Source of the DNA: Myxococcota bacterium
GTDB taxonomy: Bacteria > Myxococcota_A > UBA9160 > UBA4427
Assembly (NCBI GenBank): GCA_036336835.1
Contig: JAYZFK010000058.1
Span: 1 to 61,932 of the forward strand
Direction of reading: 5' to 3'
DNA length: 61,932 nt
The notes below the pieces were generated by a model that was not told where the DNA came from, ran no database searches, and was given only the letters and a program-made list of their open reading frames with translations. Positions 19,736-29,931 of the stretch are shown in pieces; the first letter of the stretch is position 1; every line of letters starts with the position of its first letter. The position numbers were made by a program, and so were the translations under genes.

Positions 19736-20405
19736 CATCCAGCCCGGACACCGGGTTCTCGATGCCGGATGCGGCGAGGGGCGACACTGCTTCGGTTGTC
19801 TGTCGCGCAGCGCCAACCCGATCGGCTTCGACCTCGACCTCGAGGCGATGCGCGACGCCAGCAAGCGTCTGCGACGCGAAGCGGCGGACGTGCAGTCGAC
19901 AGGCGAGATGGTACAAGGCGACATCTTCCGCCTGCCGTTCGAGGACGCCACGTTCGACCGCGTGATCTGCTCCGAGGTGATGGAGCACGTGCACGACTAC
20001 CGCGCGGCCTCGGCCGAGCTCGCGCGCGTCACCCGCCCCGGCGGCAAGCTTGCGGTGACGATCCCGACCGCGACCAGTGAGTGGCTGTACCTGCGGCTCG
20101 GCGACGAGTACTTCGAGAGCCCGGGCGGACACATCCGCATCTTCCGGCCGCGCGAGCTGGCGCTGGGACTCGCCTCCGCCGGGCTCGCGACCCGCGGCGT
20201 CGGCTTCGCACACGGCTTTCACACGCCGTACTGGGTCTTGCGCTCCGTGATGCACCTGCCCAACGCCGACGACAGCCGGCTGGTTGGCGCCTATCGACAG
20301 TTCCTGATCCGGGCGACCGGCTCCCCGCTGATGGCACGGCTCGAGAGATGGCTCAACTACGTCTGCCCGAAGAGCCTGATCCTCTACGCGGAGAAGCACG
20401 CTTGA
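19704..20405 (+). CDS. Class I SAM methyltransferase
   Basis: VLDAGCGEGRH, LPFEDATFDRVICSEVMEH, PGGHIRIF. Confidence 0.92.
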   Translation: MLLTVDLERLDIQPGHRVLDAGCGEGRHCFGCLSRSANPIGFDLDLEAMRDASKRLRREAADVQSTGEMVQGDIFRLPFEDATFDRVICSEVMEHVHDYRAASAELARVTRPGGKLAVTIPTATSEWLYLRLGDEYFESPGGHIRIFRPRELALGLASAGLATRGVGFAHGFHTPYWVLRSVMHLPNADDSRLVGAYRQFLIRATGSPLMARLERWLNYVCPKSLILYAEKHA

Positions 20406-21721
20406 GCACAGCCCTCGGCGGCGCCGCCGCAACCGGCGGGCTGGCCCGCACGCGACCGCTACGCATCGCCTTCGTCGCCTATCGAGGCAACATGGCGTGC
20501 GGCGGCCAGGGTGTCTATCTGTGGTTCCTCGCGCGCGCCCTCGCCTTGCAGGGCCACCGGGTCGACGTGTTCGTCGGCCCGCCCTACCCCGACCCGATGC
20601 CGTTCGCTCGGCGTATCACCGAGCTCCCCAACCAGGAGCTGTGGGCGCGTTGGTTCGCGCGCGACTATGCGGGGATGCGTCCGCCCGAGGGCGCCACACG
20701 CATGCTGACACCGCTTCGCTTCTACGAGCTGGCGGCCAGCTGTCTGGGCTTCTTGCCGGAGCCCTTTGCCTTCAGCCTGCGCGCGCTGCGCGCCATGACC
20801 GACCAGCTGCGCGCCGGCGAGCGCTGGGACCTGGTCCACGACGTGCAGTGCCTGGGCTGGGGCCTGCTGCCGCTGCGCAACATCGGCCTGCCGCTCGTCA
20901 CGACCGTGCACCACCCGCTCACGGTCGACCGCCGCGCCTCCTTCGCCCGCGACACGAGCCTGCGCGAGGCGATCGGCACGATGGCGTTCTACCCGATCGG
21001 GATGCAGCGCTTCGTCGCGCGTCGTCTCGATCGGGTGCTCACCTCCTCGGAGTGGAGCGCCGACCAGATCGCGCGCGACTTCGGGGTGGCGCCCGAGAAG
21101 ATCCGCAACGTCTCCAACGGACTCGACACCGAGCTCTTCTCGCCGGACCCGAGCGTCGAGAAGCAGCCGGACGAGCTGCTGTGCGTGGGTCGCGCCGGCG
21201 ACCCGAACAAGGGCATCGAGACATTGATCGGCGCGCTCGCCCGCGGGCCGCGGCAGCAGAGGCTCACGCTGGTCGACAGCGATCACCCCGACAATCCCGT
21301 GTTTGCGTGGGCACGGCGCGCAGGTGTCGCCGGGCGCCTCGACGTGACCGGCCGCGTGCCCACTGCCGAGCTGGTCGCGCTCTACCGCCGCGCCGCACTG
21401 GTCGTGGTGCCCTCGCGCACGGAGGGCTTTGGCCTCCCGGCGGTCGAGGCGATGGCCTGCGGCACGCCCGTCGTCGCGTGCGCGGCGGGTGCCCTCCCCG
21501 AGGTGATGCGACTCGGCGCAGGCGGCGTGCTGGTGCCACCGGACGATCCCGAGGCACTGGCCGCCGGGATCGCGCGGCTGGCGGATGCGCCGCGCTGGCG
21601 ACAGCAGCTGGCAGAACGGGCGCGCGAACGGATCGAAGACCGCCTCTCCTGGCGCACGATCGCGGCCCGCACCGTCGAGGTCTATCACGAGGTCCTGCGC
21701 GAGCGGCAGCTGGCACGCTGA
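20402..21721 (+). CDS. GT4 glycosyltransferase (paralog of 18476 gene)
   Basis: RIAFVAYRGN..CGGQGVY, NKG, EGFGLPAVEAMACG. Confidence 0.92.
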   Translation: MSTALGGAAATGGLARTRPLRIAFVAYRGNMACGGQGVYLWFLARALALQGHRVDVFVGPPYPDPMPFARRITELPNQELWARWFARDYAGMRPPEGATRMLTPLRFYELAASCLGFLPEPFAFSLRALRAMTDQLRAGERWDLVHDVQCLGWGLLPLRNIGLPLVTTVHHPLTVDRRASFARDTSLREAIGTMAFYPIGMQRFVARRLDRVLTSSEWSADQIARDFGVAPEKIRNVSNGLDTELFSPDPSVEKQPDELLCVGRAGDPNKGIETLIGALARGPRQQRLTLVDSDHPDNPVFAWARRAGVAGRLDVTGRVPTAELVALYRRAALVVVPSRTEGFGLPAVEAMACGTPVVACAAGALPEVMRLGAGGVLVPPDDPEALAAGIARLADAPRWRQQLAERARERIEDRLSWRTIAARTVEVYHEVLRERQLAR

Positions 21722-21837
21722 TCAGCGGGCGCCGCTCCTCTCTGGGAACGGGACCTGCAACGGCTCGGATGGCCGCGGCCCGGTCCGACCGGGCGACTTC
21801 GAGACCGACCCGCCGCAGATCCGCCGCAGATCCGCCG

Positions 21838-22626
21838 TCAGGCGGGACGATCCGTCCGCGGCCGGCCGGCGAGCACGATGACGTCGGCGAGAGTTGGCCA
21901 GCGGCGTGCCAAACTGTCGCAGCCAGCGAGCAGGCGACCCGCGGCGCGGCCGGACAGCGCGCCAACCAGCCGGGACCAGCCCGGGGCCCCCCAACCGAGC
22001 GAGATCCCGTCGATGACATCGAGCTCGAGGTGGCGCTCCGCCTGTTCGCGCATCAGCTCCAGCTCGTAACGCGTGAAGTGATCGCTCGGGCAGTCGTAGC
22101 TGCGACGCAGGCGGATGGGGCCGCGACCGCAAGAGTCCTGGCCGATCTCGTCTACCAGGCGCCCGATACGACAGGCGAGCGACTCGAAATTCGCGATCGC
22201 CAGCACGACGCGGCCGTCGCGGCGGGTCACGCGGGCCATCTCGGCGATCGCTTCGGAAGGGCGATCGAAGTGATCGAGCGCCCCCTTGCAGATCACCGCG
22301 TCGAAGCTCCCGCTGTCGAACGGCAGCGAGTCGCCCCAGCAGCGCACCCAGTGCGGCTGCTGCCCGCCCCGGTTGGCTGCGACCAGCCCGACCATGCCGA
22401 GCATGCGTCCGGAGGGTTCGGCCGCGACGACCTCGGCGCCACTTCGCGCCATCCGCACCGCGTCCTGCCCGACGCCACTCGCGACGTCGAGGATCCGGCG
22501 CCCCGGTGCCGCGTCCGCCAGCTCGAGGGTTCGATCCGTCATGCGAGCGAACAGGAACTCGCTGTCCAGCGAGGTGCCGGTCGGAATGACGTCACTCATG
22601 TCCCGGTCGAGGTCGACGACCCGCAT
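21838..22626 (-). CDS. Class I SAM methyltransferase
   Basis: ILDVASGVG, LPFDSGSFDAV, LDHF, EMARV. Confidence 0.88.
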   Translation of the reverse strand: MRVVDLDRDMSDVIPTGTSLDSEFLFARMTDRTLELADAAPGRRILDVASGVGQDAVRMARSGAEVVAAEPSGRMLGMVGLVAANRGGQQPHWVRCWGDSLPFDSGSFDAVICKGALDHFDRPSEAIAEMARVTRRDGRVVLAIANFESLACRIGRLVDEIGQDSCGRGPIRLRRSYDCPSDHFTRYELELMREQAERHLELDVIDGISLGWGAPGWSRLVGALSGRAAGRLLAGCDSLARRWPTLADVIVLAGRPRTDRPA

Positions 22627-22704
22627 GGCGCGGCACGATAGCGCGGGACAGCACCCGGGCAGAGCGAGGGAGGCGCGGGGGCCGGCGCTATGCTCGGCCG
22701 GGTC

Positions 22705-23952
22705 ATGGCGTCGATCGACTCACAGGCGGGCGACCGGGCCGCCGGCGGCTTGGCGGCACGTCTCGGCTCGTACCGCGTGATCTACGTGGCGGTGGCGATC
22801 TTCGCATTGCTCTACGTGTACACGATCAAGGGCGCCGAGCGGGCTCTCGAGATGGCTTTCGAGGCACGCGTCGAGCAGGCGCTCGACGTCCGCGATTTCC
22901 GCGAGTCGGTCTCGGTGCAGATCCAGCGGCGGATCTTCGAAGACGTGCGGAGCTCGGTGTGGGTTCGCTGGGGCGGCGTGGACGCCAGCGTTCTCGTGAT
23001 CGGCAAGGACGGGCGCACGCTGATCTACGCGGGAGGTCCGGCACCGCCGCCTCCCGACGCGTTCGACCTGATGGCAAACCTGCGCGAGGCCGAGCGTCTG
23101 CTGCCGGCCGACGCGCAGGTGACCGTCTCGCTGCCGCACAATACCCTGCTAGCGAACGCGATCCTGCTGGTGTACGCCGCGGCCCTGATCCAGGGCCTAT
23201 TCGTGTACAACCGCTGGCTCTCGCTGCGCGAACGCGCCGAGCTCGACGAAGCATTGGCGGCCCGCGATACCGCGGCCAAGCGGGCTGGAACGATCGAGCG
23301 CGAGCTGGACGACATCCGTCAGCGGCTGCTCGAGGTCGAGCCCGCAGAGCAGGGGCAGGCCCGCGAGGTCGCGGCACTGCGCCTCGAGCGCGAGCAGCTC
23401 CAGGCGCAGCTCACCGCGCTCGCGGCGCGCGAAGAGGAGCTGCGCAGCAAGGCCGCCCGGGCGGTGGATCTCGACCAGGAGCGGCACTCGCTCGAGGAGC
23501 TGCTCGACGAAGCAGCCAGCGACCTCAGCTCGCGCGACGAGGCCATCCAGGATCTCGAACAGCGGCTCAGCAAGGCGGCGAAGAGCGAGAAGGCAAAGGC
23601 CGGTGCGCGGGCGCGCGAGGTCGAGACGATCCAGCGCCGCTTGCGGACGCTCTACAAGAACCTCGAGGTCGACGACCGGGCGATCGAAGGCATCGTGGCG
23701 CTGGGCGACGAGTCGCTCCGGCTCAAGTGCGAAGACAATCTCAAACGCCTCGACGGCGAGGCCGACAACGTCGCGGTGCGGCGCAAGGTCGGTGGGCTAC
23801 CGAACCACCTGTCGATCTTCGAACTCTCGTTCGCGGGCAAGGGCCGTGTCTACTATCAGAAGGGCCGGCAGCGCCGATTCCGCGTGTTGCTGATCGGCGG
23901 CAAGGCCTCGCAGCGCGCAGATCTCGAGTACCTGAGCCGGCTGGAGAGCTAG
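22705..23952 (+). CDS. 2-TM membrane protein with coiled coil and C-terminal RelE/ParE-like domain
   Basis: TM, extracytoplasmic domain, TM, long heptad-rich region, then IFELSFAGKGRVYY...VLLIGGKASQRADL. Confidence 0.75.
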   Translation: MASIDSQAGDRAAGGLAARLGSYRVIYVAVAIFALLYVYTIKGAERALEMAFEARVEQALDVRDFRESVSVQIQRRIFEDVRSSVWVRWGGVDASVLVIGKDGRTLIYAGGPAPPPPDAFDLMANLREAERLLPADAQVTVSLPHNTLLANAILLVYAAALIQGLFVYNRWLSLRERAELDEALAARDTAAKRAGTIERELDDIRQRLLEVEPAEQGQAREVAALRLEREQLQAQLTALAAREEELRSKAARAVDLDQERHSLEELLDEAASDLSSRDEAIQDLEQRLSKAAKSEKAKAGARAREVETIQRRLRTLYKNLEVDDRAIEGIVALGDESLRLKCEDNLKRLDGEADNVAVRRKVGGLPNHLSIFELSFAGKGRVYYQKGRQRRFRVLLIGGKASQRADLEYLSRLES

Positions 23953-24002
23953 GAACCCGACCGCCGAGCCAAATCGGGCACACCGCGCGCGCAGGCCGGC
24001 GA

Positions 24003-24371
24003 TCAGTCTTCGACCGCGCTTCGCAGGACGCGCTTGAGCTCGCCGTCGTCCCAGGGCTTGGGCAGGAGCTCCCGGACCCCGAGATCGGCGAGGCGGTCGG
24101 GCGGCACCTGCTCCGGCCAGCCGGAGATGAGCAGGCGTGCGGCGTCGGGCCGCAGCTGTGAAGCGAGGCTGAGGATCTCGAGCCCGCTCGTGGTCGGCAT
24201 CTTGTGGTCCGTGAGCACGACGTCCACCGGGTGCTGCTCGAGCAGCTCGCGCACTCGCTCGGCTGTCTGGGCGGTGAGGATGGTATAGCCCTCGCGGCGC
24301 AAGCTTCGGGACAACGCATTCAGAATGCGCTCCTCGTCGTCGACGATCAGCAGGATCGGTCGCGCGCTCAC
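24003..24371 (-). CDS. Single-domain response regulator
   Basis: LIVDDE, VLTDHKMP..SG, ISG, KPW; GTG 24371 overlaps kinase stop. Confidence 0.9.
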   Translation of the reverse strand: MSARPILLIVDDEERILNALSRSLRREGYTILTAQTAERVRELLEQHPVDVVLTDHKMPTTSGLEILSLASQLRPDAARLLISGWPEQVPPDRLADLGVRELLPKPWDDGELKRVLRSAVED

Positions 24372-26005
24372 GGAGACTGCTCGGGCGGCTCGCACGGCAA
24401 CCACACGCAGAAGGTCGCGCCCTCGCCCGCCTGGCTGTCGACCGTCATCGTGCCGCCATGGCGCCGGACGATGTTGTAAGACGTCGAGAGGCCCAGCCCA
24501 GTCCCCGCGCCGACTTGCTTGGTCGTGAAGAACGGGTCGAAGATGCGGCTGCGGTGCTCTTCGCGAATGCCGATTCCATCGTCCTCGATCTCGAGCGCAA
24601 CGCCGTCGTCGATGGCTTGCGTACGCACGACGATGTGGCCGACCTGGCCGCTGTCGTCGCCGTATTTCTGCTCGATCGCTTGATAGGCGTTGACGAGCAA
24701 GTTCATCACCACCTGCTTGAGCTGCATCGGAAAGCACGAGAGGTCTGGTATCTCGCCGTACTCCTTCGAGAGCACGACCGAGTGCTTCATCATGGTCCAG
24801 GCGATGCTCGCCGTGGAGTCCACGCACTGGTTCAGATCCGCCGCGGTTCGCTCACCCGTGTCCTGGCGCGCGAAGTCGCGCAGATCCTGGACGATGTGGC
24901 GGATGCGCTCGGACCCTTCCTGCGACTCGCGGACCGCCTTGCCCAGATCGCTCAGCAGGAACTCGACGTCGACCTCCTCGGACGTCGCGGTGAGCGCGCG
25001 CGAGGCCGCGCTCGCAGCCTGCCAGTCCCGGGCCTCCACGGCCTTGCTCAGATCGCGGACTCGCGACCACACGGACTGAAGATCCACGATGTACTCGGTC
25101 ATCTGGTACAGGTTCGCGTGGATGAACCCTGTGGGGTTGTTGATCTCGTGCGCGACACCCGCGGCGAGCTGTCCGATCGACGCCATCTTCTCGCTCTGCA
25201 GCACCTGCTCGCGCAGCTGACCGATCTCGGACAGGTCCTGGAAGGTGGCCACCGCCCCTTGCTGGGCGCCGTCGTCACCCAGCAGCGGCGCGCACGAAAT
25301 GCCGATCGGTACCCGCGTGCCATCCAGGCGTGTGATCTGGGTCTCGGCGCTCTGGCAGCGGAGGCCGTGGTCGAGCGTCCGACCGATGCGCGTGTCGTGC
25401 GCGCGCTGACCGGGGAACCAGTCCCACACGGATCGTCCCTCGAGCTCGACTGCCGCGTCGGCGGGGCCACCCAGAATGGCACCGGCTGCGGGGTTCGCGT
25501 AGCTGACCGTCCCGTCCGGGTCGACCACGATCACCGCGCTGTTGAGGTTCTGGATGATGTTCTCGTTGTAGCGTTGGAGCTCGCCGATCCGCTTGGCGAG
25601 CCAGGCGCGCTCGCGCTGCTGGCGGTGGCGACGGATCTGCTCGAGCGCCACGACCGAGAGCGCCTCGGCCTGGTCGGCGCCCGCGCTAACGCAATCGCAG
25701 GCACCGGCGCGAAACGCCGCGAGCGCCTCGGCATCGTCGTCTGGCGCGGTCACGACCACCAGCGGCGGCCCGTCGGGCCCGAGTCCCTTGCGCAGCGAGG
25801 CCAGCGCAGGGGGGGGCACCCGAAGTGCCACGACGAGGTCGAGCGCGGTGCGCCCGCCGAGGACCAGGCAGGCGTCGGAATCGCGCACGACGTCGATCTC
25901 GACCTCGCCGCCGAGCCGGCGCAGCGCGTCGATCGAAGGCCTCGCCGCGAAGCCTCCCGGTGGGGCGATGACGGCGATCCGAACGACCGGCGGCAAACTG
26001 GACAA
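24368..26005 (-). CDS. Cytoplasmic histidine kinase (degenerate REC + PAS + HisKA + HATPase)
   Basis: GQLAAGVAHEINNP, NLLVNA, DDGIGI, FDPFFTTK, GTGLGL; TTG 26005 after GGAGG. Confidence 0.9.
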   Translation of the reverse strand: MSSLPPVVRIAVIAPPGGFAARPSIDALRRLGGEVEIDVVRDSDACLVLGGRTALDLVVALRVPPPALASLRKGLGPDGPPLVVVTAPDDDAEALAAFRAGACDCVSAGADQAEALSVVALEQIRRHRQQRERAWLAKRIGELQRYNENIIQNLNSAVIVVDPDGTVSYANPAAGAILGGPADAAVELEGRSVWDWFPGQRAHDTRIGRTLDHGLRCQSAETQITRLDGTRVPIGISCAPLLGDDGAQQGAVATFQDLSEIGQLREQVLQSEKMASIGQLAAGVAHEINNPTGFIHANLYQMTEYIVDLQSVWSRVRDLSKAVEARDWQAASAASRALTATSEEVDVEFLLSDLGKAVRESQEGSERIRHIVQDLRDFARQDTGERTAADLNQCVDSTASIAWTMMKHSVVLSKEYGEIPDLSCFPMQLKQVVMNLLVNAYQAIEQKYGDDSGQVGHIVVRTQAIDDGVALEIEDDGIGIREEHRSRIFDPFFTTKQVGAGTGLGLSTSYNIVRRHGGTMTVDSQAGEGATFCVWLPCEPPEQSP

Positions 26006-26273
26006 GCAGCCTCCCCACTCCGCGCGCAGCCAGGCGCATAAGGCGCATAGCGCCCGCTGAGCCCGCGCAGCCAACGAGATCGTCTCGCCGTGGGGGAAGC
26101 GAAGCCGCGAGGCTACCGGATCGGCCCCGCACCACCAACCCGCCATCCGCGCGCCCGGAGCCCGCGGTCGAGCGTGCTGCTACGGATGCCGAGGCGTCGC
26201 GCCGCGCACTCCGGCAACGAGAGCCGGTCCGGCCCCAACATCGCGGGGCTGCCCTACAGCGCTTGCTGCCCCA

Positions 26274-27725
<1,452 letters not shown>

Positions 27726-27834
27726 TCCCGCCTGCCGCACCCACTTCCACTGGTCTCCCCGACCGCTTCCTCCGTCCAGGCGCCTCGCGCCCGGCTCGGC
27801 GGGTCCCAACGAACACGGGGCCCGCCGAGTTCGT

Positions 27835-27866
27835 TTTCGTCACCCGACGCCGCGCGAGCGACGAAA
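27835..27866. promoter_or_regulatory. Inverted repeat, candidate enhancer for the fliA sigma54 promoter
   Basis: TTTCGTC-N18-GACGAAA about 200 bp upstream of -24/-12, with an AT-rich IHF-like tract at about 27970-28007 in between. Confidence 0.35.
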
Positions 27867-28069
27867 TTGCAACTCAGAAAGCTCCAGAGTGGCGGAAGTC
27901 TGACACTTCTGCCGCTGGGCTGCGCCCCCTGCCGCACGCGGCTGCAGGCGACCGATCGGCGCCCACCAGCACAAAAAGCATTGGCCAAATAAATAGTTAC
28001 GTCATTTCGAACGGAAGCTCTCGGAGGCCGGCGAGAGCCTTCTCGCAGCGCCGACCGGGGCCTTCGCAG

Positions 28070-28086
28070 TTGGCACGCGTCCTGCT
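28070..28086 (+). promoter_or_regulatory. Sigma54 -24/-12 promoter of fliA
   Basis: TTGGCACGCGTCCTGCT: TGGCACG plus GG-N10-GC. Confidence 0.72.
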
Positions 28087-28173
28087 CTAGCCCGCAGTGA
28101 GCACACAGCGATTCCGTCCAGGGTGGACGTCATAGAGAGCTCGCTGAGTCGATCCCGGGGGAACAGGACAGAC

Positions 28174-28938
28174 ATGGAAACGATGCTTCGCGATGCCAAG
28201 GAGTCGCACGGGGAAATCCCGTCGGACCTCAAGGAAGAGATCATTCTCGCGCACACGCCGCTCATCCGATACATCGTGAATCGGATCGCCGTGCGCTTGC
28301 CGTCGCACATCGACCTCGATGACCTGCACAGCACGGGCGTGATCGGCCTGATCGACGCGATCGACAAGTACGATCCGGCGAAGAACTGCAAGTTCAAGAC
28401 CTACGCCGAGTTTCGGATCAAGGGCGCGATCCTCGACCAGCTTCGCTCGCTGGACTGGGTGCCTCGCAGCGTGCGCCAGAAGAGCCGCAAGCTCGAGCGG
28501 GCCTACAGCGAGGTCGAGCAGCGACTCGGCCGACAGGCCAGCGAGGCAGAGGTCGCCGACTCGCTAGGCCTCCAGATCGACAAGTTCCACGACCTGCTCA
28601 ATCAGGTGCGCGGCATCTCGCTGGTCAACCTCGAGGAGATCCGCGGCACGAACTCCGACGGGGACCGTTCGGGCACGTTCGCAGACATCATCGAGGACGT
28701 CACGGCGGAAAACCCGTTTGCATCGCTCAAGACCATCGAGACGAAGCACGTGATCGCAGACACGATCAGTACCCTGCCCGAGAAGGAGCGCCTGGTCATC
28801 ACGCTGTACTACTACGAGGATCTGAACATGAAGGAGATCGGGAACATCCTCGGCATCACCGAGTCCCGAGTCTGCCAGATCCACACCAAGGCCGGGATGC
28901 GCCTGCGCCAGAAGCTGAAGGGCGCGGTCGATCGCTAG
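28174..28938 (+). CDS. fliA: FliA/WhiG family sigma28 factor
   Basis: RLPSHIDLDDL..GVIGLIDA, FKTYAEFRIKGAILDQLRSLDWVPRSVR, EIG.ILGITESRVCQIH. Confidence 0.95.
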   Translation: METMLRDAKESHGEIPSDLKEEIILAHTPLIRYIVNRIAVRLPSHIDLDDLHSTGVIGLIDAIDKYDPAKNCKFKTYAEFRIKGAILDQLRSLDWVPRSVRQKSRKLERAYSEVEQRLGRQASEAEVADSLGLQIDKFHDLLNQVRGISLVNLEEIRGTNSDGDRSGTFADIIEDVTAENPFASLKTIETKHVIADTISTLPEKERLVITLYYYEDLNMKEIGNILGITESRVCQIHTKAGMRLRQKLKGAVDR

Positions 28939-29675
28939 GCCCTCACCGGCTCCTTCTCGTAGCAAACGACGGCGACCGTGATGTTGTCCTCGCCACCCCG
29001 CTCGTTCGCCTGCGCGACCAGGTCGTCGCAGATGCCCTGCGGATCGGCACCCGACGCGACGTGCTCGGCAATCTCACGGTCGGCCAGGTGCGTCGTGAGG
29101 CCGTCGGAGCACATCAGGAACACGTCGTGCGGAAGCGGCGTCAGCTCGGCGAGATCGGGCTGCACGATCCGGCGAACGCCGACTGCGCGGGTCAGCACGT
29201 GGCGGTGCGGGTGCTCGCGAGCCGTGATCTCGTCGATCTCGCGTCGGCGCAGCAGCTCTCCGACCAGAGTGTGATCGTCCGTCAGACAGCGGATGCGACC
29301 GCGCCGAACCAGATAGGCACGACTGTCGCCGACGTGCGCCAGTGCGACGCGCTGCTCGGTGGCCAGGATCGCGACCAGCGTCGTCCCCATGCCGGACAGC
29401 TCGGGCTTCACGGCGGCGGCGAGATGGATGCGGCGGTTGGCGCTCTCGACGGCCTGACGCAGCTTCTCGGTCAGGCTGACCGTGGCGCCCTCGAGCGCCG
29501 TGACGGCTTCGCGGGCGCTCTCGGTGGCGAGCTGACTGGCGACCTGGCCGGCGCTGTGCCCCCCTATGCCATCGGCCACGAGGAACAGCCCGATCTCGGG
29601 TGCGAGCGTGTAGCAATCCTCGTTCGCGCCTCGTCGCATCCCTACGTGCGTTGCCGCAGCGGCCCGAAGCAACAT
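28935..29675 (-). CDS. PP2C/Stp1-type Ser/Thr phosphatase
   Basis: THVG.RR..NED, VADGIGG, GMGTT, HVGDSRAY, CSDGL, GGEDNIT. Confidence 0.95.
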   Translation of the reverse strand: MLLRAAAATHVGMRRGANEDCYTLAPEIGLFLVADGIGGHSAGQVASQLATESAREAVTALEGATVSLTEKLRQAVESANRRIHLAAAVKPELSGMGTTLVAILATEQRVALAHVGDSRAYLVRRGRIRCLTDDHTLVGELLRRREIDEITAREHPHRHVLTRAVGVRRIVQPDLAELTPLPHDVFLMCSDGLTTHLADREIAEHVASGADPQGICDDLVAQANERGGEDNITVAVVCYEKEPVRA

Positions 29676-29745
29676 CCAGGACCTCCCGATCGCAGGCGTC
29701 GGCCCCGCTTCCCGAAGCCGGCCTGGCGCCCGATTCCTGTTGCTT

Positions 29746-29773
29746 CCATCGACCCGGAGAGGCAATCGCTTGA
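29746..29773 (-). promoter_or_regulatory. Sigma28-like promoter upstream of PP2C
   Basis: Minus strand TCAA-N16-GTCGATGG. Confidence 0.38.
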
Positions 29774-29818
29774 CGCATCTCCCCAGGCCACGTGTCCATC
29801 GCACCGGCCAGAAAAGGT

Positions 29819-29845
29819 TCAATCGCGCGTTTCGCAGGACGATAA
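29819..29845 (+). promoter_or_regulatory. Sigma28-like promoter upstream of romR-like gene
   Basis: TCAA-N15-GACGATAA (7/8 to GCCGATAA). Confidence 0.5.
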
Positions 29846-29931
29846 GGCGGGCTGGACGAGCGAGCGGTACGCTCGATGTGCAGCTGCCTGCTCGGAACCA
29901 CACGGGATCCCGTCGGTCGGGGGGGGGAACG

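Noticed and set aside
21810..21837. CCGCCGCAGAT x2.5 tandem repeat
   Set aside because: Short slippage-type repeat between convergent genes; no spacers or cas genes, so not CRISPR.
26032..26049. AGGCGCATA x2 upstream of the histidine kinase
   Set aside because: Could be a binding site, but a single 9-bp tandem is too little evidence.
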